Counted from the first letter of the stretch, positions 22,752-31,903 are shown. The stretch is 64,000 bases of DNA from Gammaproteobacteria bacterium (GCA_965221695.1 OZ244905.1:2720001-2784000), one strand, 5' to 3'. Notes: generated by a model not told the origin, from the sequence alone. Numbers and translations: made by a program.

Positions 22752-24487
22752 CAGCAATACGAGCATTGATGTTGTGTGCGCTTCTGGTGTACCTGCCGGC
22801 AGGCAACAGCCAGACGACCGGTGATGACGCAGAAGCGCCGGCTGTTTCCTCTGCCACTGCACCCGCTGTGCCTGCTGATACGCCCGTGACAACGGAGGAC
22901 CCAGCGCAAATAGCCGCCCCCTCAGCGGATACAGCCACGGCGATTGCCGCGGTTGTGCAGGTTCCCGAACCCGTAGATTTCAGTGCGGTGCGGCCCCACC
23001 TGGTGGTCATAAGAGAAGGGATGGACGCCGCCGCACGTCGCACGCCGGGATTCAGCATCAGCGACCAGGGCCATATCCTGACTTATTCCGGAGAATTACG
23101 CGCCCGGGAGTACTACCTTGTCTCGGTTGCAGGCGGTCAGGTCTTTACTGCTGCGCTGCTTGATGAAGATGAAGACACCGGCCTCATGCTACTGAGGATC
23201 GCAGGAGAAGGGCACGGCCTCACCGCCCTGAAGTTTGCCAGAACGACGCTGGAAGCCGCGGTGCCGCTCTATGCAGTACGGTTCGACCCGGTGCGGGCGG
23301 AGCCGTTCGTGCCCGTTCCCGGCACGGTCACGCGGTTGCCTGCAACGGATGAGGAGACACCGGCAATCGTGCATAATGCCCTGTTCAATACGGCGGCCGC
23401 CGGGACGCCCTTGTTCAACCGTTGTTACCAGGCGGTCGGTGTCAGCGTGCTGCAAAGGAAGGGCTTCCCGCCGAGAACTCTCGATCCCCAACAACAGGGT
23501 AGCGCCATCTCCCTGGCGGCCTACTCGTTGAGCGTGATCCTGGCGTCGGCCAACCTGACCCTGCCCATCGCTGAGGCGGAGTGCCAGAGTGCGGAGGAGG
23601 AGGCGCGACTGCGGCTGGAACAACTTCAGCAGGAAAAAGAGGCGGAGCGGGCAAATGCCGAAGCCCTGGCCCTTGCCGCCGCGGAGGAAGCGCTGCGCAG
23701 GGAGGCGGTAATGAACCTGGAGCGGGAAGCAGCGCAACAGCAGCTTGAACAGGCGCGCCAAGAGAAAGAAGCGGCCCTGCAGGCGGAGCGGGCAAGTGCC
23801 GAAGCCGATAAGCGCCGTTTGGAAGAAGAAGCGCAGCAACAACTTGAACAGGCGCAGCAGGAGAAGGAACAGGCCCTGCAGGCACAACAGCAGGAGAATG
23901 AACAGGCTCTGCAGGTGGAGCGGCAGGAGACCGAACAGGCCCGGCGGGAAGCCCGGCAGGCGACGCATACGGGGAAACAGATCCTGCTGTTATCGCTAGC
24001 GGTCGTCTTCGTCCTGGCGCTGGTCTTCTTCCTGGTCCTGCGCGCCAGGCGTAAACACCTGCAACGCGTGGAACAGGAAAAACAGCAGTTCGCCCAGGAC
24101 CTGGACAGGGCAGAGGCAGACCTGTCAGACGCCTCCGAGAGGGAGCAGCTACGCGCCGGCGCCCCCGACGTGTTTATCGAGGGTGTCACGCCGCAGAACG
24201 AGCGCATCGCCCTGAAAATACCCGGCGCCTCACTGGTCAAACCCTCAGGTGTCACGGTAGGCAGGAGTCCCTCCGAATCCGAGTTCGTCATCAATCACGA
24301 ACAGGTCTCCCGCCGCCATTTCCGCCTCATGCTGGTGTCTGGGCAGGTGATGATCGAAGATATGGGCTCGACCAATGGGACCGTCGTGAACGGCGTGCCC
24401 CTCAGTCCCGGCGCCCGGCAGACGCTGGGCGACGGCAGCCGCATGCAGGTCGGGCGCGTGACGATGACGGTGCGGATAGGTCTCTGA
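22748..24487 (+). CDS. Membrane protein: signal peptide, degenerate trypsin-like domain, coiled coil, TM, C-terminal FHA
   Basis: GFSISDQGHILT and HNALFNTAAAGTPLFNRC..AVGV resemble trypsin/HtrA motifs; E/Q/A coiled coil; hydrophobic ILLLSLAVVFVLALVFFLVL; VGRS..VSRRH..DMGSTNGT. Confidence 0.82.
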   Translation: MTAIRALMLCALLVYLPAGNSQTTGDDAEAPAVSSATAPAVPADTPVTTEDPAQIAAPSADTATAIAAVVQVPEPVDFSAVRPHLVVIREGMDAAARRTPGFSISDQGHILTYSGELRAREYYLVSVAGGQVFTAALLDEDEDTGLMLLRIAGEGHGLTALKFARTTLEAAVPLYAVRFDPVRAEPFVPVPGTVTRLPATDEETPAIVHNALFNTAAAGTPLFNRCYQAVGVSVLQRKGFPPRTLDPQQQGSAISLAAYSLSVILASANLTLPIAEAECQSAEEEARLRLEQLQQEKEAERANAEALALAAAEEALRREAVMNLEREAAQQQLEQARQEKEAALQAERASAEADKRRLEEEAQQQLEQAQQEKEQALQAQQQENEQALQVERQETEQARREARQATHTGKQILLLSLAVVFVLALVFFLVLRARRKHLQRVEQEKQQFAQDLDRAEADLSDASEREQLRAGAPDVFIEGVTPQNERIALKIPGASLVKPSGVTVGRSPSESEFVINHEQVSRRHFRLMLVSGQVMIEDMGSTNGTVVNGVPLSPGARQTLGDGSRMQVGRVTMTVRIGL

Positions 24488-25201
24488 ATGAACCGTTCAT
24501 TGTGGTGCGGTTTGATATTTCTCAGCCTCTGGGGTCTGAGTTACCAGGGTGGCGCGGATATTGATGACCAGGAAGAACATTTCAGGGAGGAGCAGGGGGC
24601 GCAACAGGATCAGGAAGCCGCGCGACGGGAACGCAAGCGTGCCCGACAGGCAGAACAGGAGGCGCTCCGGCAACAGGAAGCGGCGCGCCAGCGCGTGGTT
24701 CAGCAAAATCTGTTCGTAACCTTGCTGGCTCTGTTGACCCTGCTGGCCTTGATACTGGCCTTGAGAAAACCCCGGCAGGCCATTGTTTGGGCCGCCGGCC
24801 ACGCAATCGAACCACTCAGTCGGCGCTTCAAACCGGCAGGGCGCTTGCCCGCGCCGGGCGCAGCCCGCGCCGGGACGGCAAACGTCGTACTTACGGGCTT
24901 TGACAGCCGGGGCAAACCGGTGAATATCCCGTTGCCGGAGGAGGAACTGGATCGGAAACGGGGCGGTTTCACCCTGGGGCGCCATCACCTGCTGGTCGAT
25001 ACGGCGCTGGACGATGACCGGATATCGAAGCGCCATGCCCGGTTCACCCGCAACGGTCACGGCTATTTTATCGAAGACCTCAATTCGAGAAACGGCACTG
25101 TGATCAACGGTGAGCAACCCTGCGCGCCGTTCAAACCCATGCGAATCAGGCCCGGCGACACGGTGCGGCTAGGCGGCATGGAGTTGCTCGTATCGGCCTG
25201 A
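24488..25201 (+). CDS. Membrane-anchored FHA protein (short coiled coil, TM, FHA)
   Basis: N-terminal hydrophobic segment, charged helix, TM LFVTLLALLTLLALILAL, LGRH..ISKRH..DLNSRNGT. Confidence 0.85.
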   Translation: MNRSLWCGLIFLSLWGLSYQGGADIDDQEEHFREEQGAQQDQEAARRERKRARQAEQEALRQQEAARQRVVQQNLFVTLLALLTLLALILALRKPRQAIVWAAGHAIEPLSRRFKPAGRLPAPGAARAGTANVVLTGFDSRGKPVNIPLPEEELDRKRGGFTLGRHHLLVDTALDDDRISKRHARFTRNGHGYFIEDLNSRNGTVINGEQPCAPFKPMRIRPGDTVRLGGMELLVSA

Positions 25202-25214
25202 TTCGGAAGCGCCC

Positions 25215-26018
25215 GTGAGGCTACGCAGCAAGGAGATCAATGTCTTCAACATGTCCGCGCTGGACCTGTTCGCCTCCGCGCTGGGTGCGTTTATCCTTAT
25301 TTCCGTGGTCTTGTTTCCCTATTTTCCCAACACCGGCGATTCCCAGGAACGGGTGGACGAGGTCAAGGCGCAACTGGCTGAGGCCAATGCGCGATTGGAG
25401 GAAACCAGCGCCGAACTGGAGCAGGTCCGCGCCCGGTTGAACCCCGCCCTGGAACAAGAACTGCAGGTCGCACGAGAACAACTCGGCGCGTGCCAGGCCC
25501 GACTCCGGGAGGCAGAGGCCGCGCTAAACGCCTGCCAGGTTGAACAGCGAGAAGTTGCATCATTGGATTCCGCGCTGGGCGCCTGCGAGAACCGCAACCG
25601 GCAGATGCAACAGGAACTGCAATCCTGCGAGAATGAATTGCGCAAGAAATTCGTGCTGGTCGTGATCAGCTGGGGCACGCCGGACGATATCGACCTGCAC
25701 GTGATCGATCCGCAAGGCCGGGAGTTCTTCTACGGGCGCAAACACATCCCCGGTTCCCTGGCAAAACTGGAAGAGGACAACACCAGAGGTCCCGGCAATG
25801 AGATCTGGCTGCACCCGGCCGCGGAGCCGGGCGCCTACGAGGTTTACTACAAATATTACGATGGATCAACCGGCAACGTGCAGGTGCGCGGCGCGGCGCT
25901 GACGCCCCGCGGCAGGACGGAGTTGCCGGACATCACTCTGCGGTACGTGGGTGAGAAGCCCCTGGTGGCAACCATTTTCGTCAATGAGGATGGCAACGCT
26001 GAGGTGAGGGCATGGTAA
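25215..26018 (+). CDS. ExbD/TolR/MotB-like single-pass protein with coiled coil and YfaP/DUF2135-like C-terminal domain
   Basis: FNMSALDLFASALGAFILISVVL has an Asp in the TM helix; Cys-punctuated coiled coil; ISWGTPDDIDLHVIDPQG...DNTRGPGNEI. Confidence 0.7.
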   Translation: MRLRSKEINVFNMSALDLFASALGAFILISVVLFPYFPNTGDSQERVDEVKAQLAEANARLEETSAELEQVRARLNPALEQELQVAREQLGACQARLREAEAALNACQVEQREVASLDSALGACENRNRQMQQELQSCENELRKKFVLVVISWGTPDDIDLHVIDPQGREFFYGRKHIPGSLAKLEEDNTRGPGNEIWLHPAAEPGAYEVYYKYYDGSTGNVQVRGAALTPRGRTELPDITLRYVGEKPLVATIFVNEDGNAEVRAW

Positions 26019-26149
26019 CGCGGCGGGAGGGGAATTTTCCGCATTGACACGATTTCCCAGGCCCCCTTAGAATACGGTTTAACCGGTGACACAATTTAAT
26101 TCTGTCACCGGATTTACGGGGCAAACATAACAAACAAAGACGGCCTTCC

Positions 26150-28756
26150 ATGAACTCCGACCACCTGCATGCCCTACCGCCCGGCACGCGCCTTGAAGAA
26201 TTTCGGCTGGAGGCGCAGGTGGGCGCCGGCGGGTTCAGCATCACCTATCGGGCCTATGACGAATTACTGGACAAGGTGGTGGCCGTCAAGGAATACCTGC
26301 CGCGGGATTTCGCCACCCGCACCGCCGGCAATACAGTGGCGCCCATATCCGATGCGGACGCCCGGGATTACCAGTGGGGCCTGACCCGGTTCCTGGACGA
26401 GGCCCGCACGCTGGCCAGGTTCGACCATCCGCATCTCAACAAGGTGCGTCGTTTCTTCGAGGCCAACGGCACGGCCTACATGGCGCTGGAGCATATCCAT
26501 GGCGAGACCCTGGCTACCCGGTTAAGCCGCGAGCGGCGCTTGCCGGAAACGGACCTGCTGCGCCTGCTGGAGGAAGTGTTATCGGGACTTGCTGTGATTC
26601 ACGAGGCTGGCTACGTGCACCGGGACATCAAACCGGGCAACCTGATGCTGCGCGAGGAAGACGACAGCATAGTGCTGCTGGACTTCGGCGCCGCGCGCCA
26701 GGCAGTGGGCCAGAGTTCCAAGTCAATCACCAGCATCCTGACACCGGGCTATGCCCCGATAGAGCAGTACGAAAGCAAAGCGGACGCCGTCGGACCGTGG
26801 AGTGATATCTATGCATTGGGGATGGTGGCGTACAAGTGCATCAGCGGCGCGGGTGACGGGGAGTTGCCCGATGCCGTGACCCGGGCCCGCTCCCAACGCA
26901 AAGGGGGTAAGGACCTGGCGATGGCGGCGGAGGTGGGCCAGAGCAGGTACAGTGCGAAGCTGCTGGCGGCGATAGACTGGGCCATCGAGGTGGATGAGGA
27001 GTCCCGGCCGCAGGGGGTGGGTGAGTGGAGTGAGGCGCTGGTGGGGAGCGGGAGCAAGCAACGAGCCGCCAAACCGGCGCCTAATACAACGGCACGGTCT
27101 GCAAAGGCTCCGGCCACCGAGCGCCAGGGTATGAATTGGTACAGCATGGCCCTGACCGCGGTGATAGTGGTGTTACTGGGAGCGAGCGCCTGGCAGGGCT
27201 GGCGGCTGTATCAGGGGATGCCCGGGCTTGGCGTAGACGGCGCCGCCACGGCAGTTGAGTCGCAGGCAAACGCACAGGGCAAAGCAGAGTTAGCAGCAGA
27301 ACCCTATGCACAAACACCAACGGTAACGCCAGAACAAGGCTCCGGGCCTGACGCGCCCACACTGGCCGCGCCGGTTGAGGAAGACGAAGTCGCCCGGCTG
27401 CTGGCTGCAGCCGAAGCCGACTTGGAGGCAAGACGCCTGACCAGTCCGCAGGGGAACAACGCCTGGGAGAAGTACCGGCGGGTATTGGGTTTATCCTCCG
27501 CGCACCCCGAGGCCATAGCGGGGATGGAGCGGGTGATCGGGAGTTACATGGACCTGTTCGGCGCTGTTCTGGAGCAGGAGGATTTTGACCAGGCGGAGGG
27601 GTATCTCTCACGCATCCGCGACCTGCACCCGGATTCGCCACTCTTGTTGACGGGGAAAGAACGTTTGGAACAAGCCCGGCAGGCTCATGTCGAGCGGTTG
27701 GCGGAAGAAGAGCGCCTGCGCCAGGCCGAGGAAGCGGCGCGCCAGGCGGAACAGGAGCGCCAGCGAATAGCACAGGAAATCGAGAGACACTGGCAGTCCT
27801 TTGAGACGGCAATGCAGCAAGACAAATTGGACCGGGCGGAAGACAGTCTCAACCTCGTGCGGGAGTTGGACTCGGACGCGCCGGGGTTAGCGGATGCGGA
27901 ACGACGCCTGTCACAGGCGCGGGAAGCATCCCGGCAGAAGGCGCTGCAGTATGCCGGTGAGATGGTCTCCATCCCTGCCGGCAGTTTCCGCATGGGGGAC
28001 CTGACAGGCGCTGACGCTGAGAAACCGGTCCACAGTGTGCGAGTCGCGGCCTTCAGCATGGGCAAGTATGAGGTAACGGTGGGCCAGTTCCAGCGGTTTG
28101 TGGAGGCGACGGGGTACCTCACGGATGCGGAGCGTTATACGGACGGCAAAGCAGGTTGTTCTGTCTATACAACAAAAAGATGGAAGTACACCGAGGGCAA
28201 GAGTTGGCGCAATCCGGGGTTTTCAGTCGGAGACAAGCACCCGGTGGTGTGCGTGAACTGGAATGATGTGCAGGCGTTCGTGAAGTGGCTGAACGGCAAT
28301 ACCGATGGGGATTTCCGCTTGCCGACCGAGGCGGAGTGGGAGTATGCGGTGCGCGCCGGGAGCAGTACGAAGTATCATTTCGGCAATGATGAGTCACAAC
28401 TGTGCCGGTTTGCCAGCCATGCGGACAGCGGGACGGATATTGATTGGAAAAACAAGTCCTGCTCGGACGGTGTGGGCGAACGCACCGCCGAAGTGGGCCG
28501 TTACCAGCCGAACAGTTTCGGGCTGTATGACATGCACGGCAATGTCTGGGAGTGGGTGACAGATTGCTGGAATGAGAGTTATGTGGGCGCCCCGACAGAC
28601 GGTAGCGCCTGGACGAATGGGGACTGCAGCCGGCGCGTCATTCGGGGCGGGGCCTGGGACAGCTCACCGTGGAACCTGCGTTCCGCGCACCGTTACGGGA
28701 GCTCCCGTTCGAATCACAGCTCTTATCTGGGCTTTCGCTTGGCCCGGGACAACTGA
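26150..28756 (+). CDS. Membrane Hanks-type Ser/Thr kinase with helical repeats and C-terminal FGE-sulfatase (SUMF1-fold) domain
   Basis: GAGGFS, VAVKE, HRDIKPGN, DFG, GYAPIEQ, SDIYALG; TM near aa 330-350; FRMG, KYEVT, RLPTEAEWEYA, GLYDMHGNVWEW, RGGAW, GFRLAR. Confidence 0.93.
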   Translation: MNSDHLHALPPGTRLEEFRLEAQVGAGGFSITYRAYDELLDKVVAVKEYLPRDFATRTAGNTVAPISDADARDYQWGLTRFLDEARTLARFDHPHLNKVRRFFEANGTAYMALEHIHGETLATRLSRERRLPETDLLRLLEEVLSGLAVIHEAGYVHRDIKPGNLMLREEDDSIVLLDFGAARQAVGQSSKSITSILTPGYAPIEQYESKADAVGPWSDIYALGMVAYKCISGAGDGELPDAVTRARSQRKGGKDLAMAAEVGQSRYSAKLLAAIDWAIEVDEESRPQGVGEWSEALVGSGSKQRAAKPAPNTTARSAKAPATERQGMNWYSMALTAVIVVLLGASAWQGWRLYQGMPGLGVDGAATAVESQANAQGKAELAAEPYAQTPTVTPEQGSGPDAPTLAAPVEEDEVARLLAAAEADLEARRLTSPQGNNAWEKYRRVLGLSSAHPEAIAGMERVIGSYMDLFGAVLEQEDFDQAEGYLSRIRDLHPDSPLLLTGKERLEQARQAHVERLAEEERLRQAEEAARQAEQERQRIAQEIERHWQSFETAMQQDKLDRAEDSLNLVRELDSDAPGLADAERRLSQAREASRQKALQYAGEMVSIPAGSFRMGDLTGADAEKPVHSVRVAAFSMGKYEVTVGQFQRFVEATGYLTDAERYTDGKAGCSVYTTKRWKYTEGKSWRNPGFSVGDKHPVVCVNWNDVQAFVKWLNGNTDGDFRLPTEAEWEYAVRAGSSTKYHFGNDESQLCRFASHADSGTDIDWKNKSCSDGVGERTAEVGRYQPNSFGLYDMHGNVWEWVTDCWNESYVGAPTDGSAWTNGDCSRRVIRGGAWDSSPWNLRSAHRYGSSRSNHSSYLGFRLARDN

Positions 28757-28846
28757 AACGAAGGCATTATAAAGACTCTATACACAGGACTATCCGGCTG
28801 GATTCCCTTTTCCCCTTCTATCTCATCGGCAATCGCCTGGCGAACT

Positions 28847-30472
28847 TCACCGCATCGATTTTTGCAGTACCGAGAAGTTTCTTACCCAAGGCTCTAGTTT
28901 GCGTATTTCATCGGGCAAATCATCTATAGCTCTTTCGGCAAGCTCATAGTCATGGTACAGACCATAAAACACGCGATAGTAAGTTATCTGCTCGATCTCG
29001 ATCCTGATATAGGCAATCTGCTGTGTCAGGTTATTCTGTTTGAGGAAATTTAGCACACGTTCTTCACTGGAAAAGCTGGCCAGTTGCAAAGTGTAGTGAT
29101 ACGGAGATTGTGCGGCGACCCAGTCTTCCCGCCTGATAGCGGTCTCACCGGCGTCAGAGGCATCCTCGCCAGCCAACTCATCTTCATCGGAAATGACCTC
29201 GCTGGTGGTCGCAACCAGATCGGAAATGGCCTCTGGTACAGCCGCAATGTATTCCGCTGTCGCTGGTACAGGGCTGGTGTCCGCGGTCTCTGCAACAGTC
29301 TCCGGCGTTTCCTCCTCCGCGGCGTTCAGCGCGATCTCGGCGGTGTCCTCATCCGTCTGAGCAGCTACGATGGTCGGCGTTTCTTCGACAGCAGGCGCTG
29401 TGTCTTCTGCTTCAGTTGCCTCAGCAGCAGTTTGAGCAAGGCTGGTCTCCGCGGTCTCTGCAACGATCTCCGGCGCTTCCTTCTCCGCATCGAACAGTGC
29501 GGTCTCGGCTGTGTCTTCGTCCGACTGAGCGGCTATGGTCGGCGCTTCCTCCTGCGTGACGCTCAGTGCGGTCTCGGCAGCGTCCTCATCCGGCTGAGCA
29601 GCTATAATCGGTGTTTCCTCGACGGCAGGTACCGTATCTTCTTCAGTTGCCTGCGCAAAGGGTTCTGTTGTTTCCTGCATTGCAGGCGCTTGCGATACGG
29701 TCGTGTCCTCTTCAATATCGACATAAGCAAGTCTTTGTAAGCTTTCTTCTGCCTGTTGCAGACCCCCGGCGGCCGCGCGTTGATACCATTTTTTCGCCTC
29801 CACCAGGTCCTTTTCTACCGCGTAACCATTTTCATAGTACACGCCCATGTTGAATTGCGCCTGTGGGACATCGGCGTCAGCGGCTTTTCTGAACCAGAGT
29901 AGCGCTACATCATAGTCCTGGTCGACGCTGTAACCGAAGGCGTACATGACAGCCAGGCTGTATTGCGCATTTCCGTTTCCCTGCTCTGCTGCTTGGCGGA
30001 AAAGCCGGGTGGCTGTTTCATAATCCCGGGTAATCTGCTCACTGCCGTTGAAGTACAAAAGGCCAAGGTTGAACAGCGCATCCGATTGCCCGGCCGCCGC
30101 GGCCAGCTTCCACCATTGCATGACTTTAGACGGGTCTTTTGTGACACCATCACCGTGCAAGTACTTGACGCCGAGCTCGAATTGGGCGTCGGGGTGCCCT
30201 TGATCCGCCGCAAGCAAGTACCATTTTACTGCTTCGGCAGAATCTGCGTTAACGCCATGGCCATAGTCATACATGAGGCCAAGCATTCTTTGCGCATCCG
30301 AGTTGCCGTCCTCAGCCAGTGGTTGCAGTATTTCGTAGGCTTTTTCGTAGTCTTTGGCCAGGTAGGCCTGTCTCGCCGTTTCAAAAGATTGCGCCAGCAC
30401 AGGGCCGGAAAATACCAACCCCAATAACAGGAAAGGAATTAACTTGGTCAGCATAAACCGTATCTTTGACAT
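28847..30472 (-). CDS. Secreted Sel1-repeat protein with acidic repeat linker and C-terminal SPOR (DamX-like) domain
   Basis: Signal peptide; about 5-6 AQxxLGxxYxxGxGVxxD repeats; A/E/T-rich repeats; YTLQLASF...YRVFYGLY..AERAI..LP..PWVR. Confidence 0.85.
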   Translation of the reverse strand: MSKIRFMLTKLIPFLLLGLVFSGPVLAQSFETARQAYLAKDYEKAYEILQPLAEDGNSDAQRMLGLMYDYGHGVNADSAEAVKWYLLAADQGHPDAQFELGVKYLHGDGVTKDPSKVMQWWKLAAAAGQSDALFNLGLLYFNGSEQITRDYETATRLFRQAAEQGNGNAQYSLAVMYAFGYSVDQDYDVALLWFRKAADADVPQAQFNMGVYYENGYAVEKDLVEAKKWYQRAAAGGLQQAEESLQRLAYVDIEEDTTVSQAPAMQETTEPFAQATEEDTVPAVEETPIIAAQPDEDAAETALSVTQEEAPTIAAQSDEDTAETALFDAEKEAPEIVAETAETSLAQTAAEATEAEDTAPAVEETPTIVAAQTDEDTAEIALNAAEEETPETVAETADTSPVPATAEYIAAVPEAISDLVATTSEVISDEDELAGEDASDAGETAIRREDWVAAQSPYHYTLQLASFSSEERVLNFLKQNNLTQQIAYIRIEIEQITYYRVFYGLYHDYELAERAIDDLPDEIRKLEPWVRNFSVLQKSMR

Positions 30473-30644
30473 TGTTTATCTCACAGTCATTCTACCTGCT
30501 TCACCATTATGGCAAGGATTTTATAACACGCTACAACAGGTGAATACGTTGCATAGCATATCATTTCTTAGAATAAATGACACTCTCGTCAGGACTGAAA
30601 AATATTCAATCCGTTGAATACCTGACAGCCTCCAAACTCAAATA

Positions 30645-30696
30645 CTGGGAGCGCGGGCGTTCCGCCCGCAGGCAGGCGAGACGCCCGCGCTCCCAG
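30645..30696. repeat. REP-like GC-rich palindrome, possible terminator of the enolase gene
   Basis: Perfect 16-bp arms CTGGGAGCGCGGGCGT / ACGCCCGCGCTCCCAG directly downstream of the stop at 30698. Confidence 0.7.
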
Positions 30697-30697
30697 G

Positions 30698-31903
30698 CTA
30701 GGCCTTGGAAACCCGCACGCTGGCATCGTCCCGTTTGTGCAGGTCCGGCAGCAGGTCAATACCGATCCCCGGGTCCGGGTCCAGCGTGACCATGCCGTTT
30801 TCCACGACCGGCAGTTTGGTCGTCACGTCCTTGTACCAGCCGGTGTACAAGGCCCGGACCGATTCCTGGAATATCGCGTTAACCGCGTTAAGCGACAGGT
30901 GTACGGATGCCGCCCATACCACGGGGCCGGTGCAGTCGTGCGGCGCCACCGGAAGTCCGTAAACCTCGGCCAGGCTGGCAATGTGTTTGGCTTCGGTTAT
31001 GCCGCCGACCCAGCCGATATCCGGCATCGCAAAATCGGTGGCGCGCTGCTCAAACAGGTCCCGATAACCCCAGCGCGTTGCCACCGTCTCACTCGCACAA
31101 ACAGGGATGGATGCGCGCGCGCGAAACTCGGCCAGGTTTTCCAGGCTGTCCGACTTCACGGGGTCTTCAATGAAATAAGGCTGGTACGGTTCCAGCGCAT
31201 GGGAAATAGCGATTGCGGTGGTCAGGTTCCAGAGCGAGTGGCACTCGACCATGATGTCCATCCGGTCGCCCGCGGCGGCGCGGATTTTCTCAAATGGCTC
31301 CAACGCCGCGTCAAGTTCCGCGGCGCTTATTCTGTTGCCCAGGTTGCGTTCTGCGGCGAAGTCGAAAGGCCAGATTTTCATCGCGCTAATGCCTTCCTCC
31401 AGCAGGCTGAGCGCCAGTTCGTCAGCGCGGTTCAGGAACGCGTCCAGGTCTTCATAGGGTCCGTGTTCCGTGCCTATGCCCCAGTTCGATGTCTTCTGCC
31501 CTTCGGTGGAACGGATGTAGGTATAACCGGCGCAGGTATTGTAAACCCGGATGGCATCCCGCGACCTGCCGCCCAGCAAGTCATACAGCGGCTGTCCTGT
31601 AAGCCGGCCCCAGAGGTCCCATAGCGCCATGTCAATCGCGGACAGCGCCCGCATCTCTGCGCCCGTGCTTCTGAAGCCCAGGTAGCCCCGCAGTTGCTTC
31701 CAGTGCAAGTCCCGTTGCAACGGGTTTTTCCCCAGCAGGTATGGCGCAATGGTTTCGTGGATATGCGCCTCGACGGACTCGGCGCCCAGAAAAGTCTCGC
31801 CCAGGCCGTAGACGCCCTGGTCCGAATGTACCTTGACCCAGACCAGGTTGCCGTAGGAACTGAGGCGCAGGGTTTCTATGCGGGTAATTGTGATGTTGTT
31901 CAT
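30698..31903 (-). CDS. Mandelate racemase/muconate lactonizing (enolase superfamily) enzyme, DgoD-like
   Basis: GLGET, SAIDMALWDL, LYDLLGG, VECH, EDP, SET, PHD, PGIGI. Confidence 0.88.
   Translation of the reverse strand: MNNITITRIETLRLSSYGNLVWVKVHSDQGVYGLGETFLGAESVEAHIHETIAPYLLGKNPLQRDLHWKQLRGYLGFRSTGAEMRALSAIDMALWDLWGRLTGQPLYDLLGGRSRDAIRVYNTCAGYTYIRSTEGQKTSNWGIGTEHGPYEDLDAFLNRADELALSLLEEGISAMKIWPFDFAAERNLGNRISAAELDAALEPFEKIRAAAGDRMDIMVECHSLWNLTTAIAISHALEPYQPYFIEDPVKSDSLENLAEFRARASIPVCASETVATRWGYRDLFEQRATDFAMPDIGWVGGITEAKHIASLAEVYGLPVAPHDCTGPVVWAASVHLSLNAVNAIFQESVRALYTGWYKDVTTKLPVVENGMVTLDPDPGIGIDLLPDLHKRDDASVRVSKA

Noticed and set aside
19660-28756. Type VI secretion or Zorya assignment for the kinase/motor cluster
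   Set aside because: No tss/hcp/vgrG genes; the channel lacks a long ZorA-type tail, the partner lacks an OmpA domain, and there are no ZorC/D/E-like genes.
28600-28850. Diversity-generating retroelement at the FGE-domain C-terminus
   Set aside because: No template repeat or reverse transcriptase was seen in this window.
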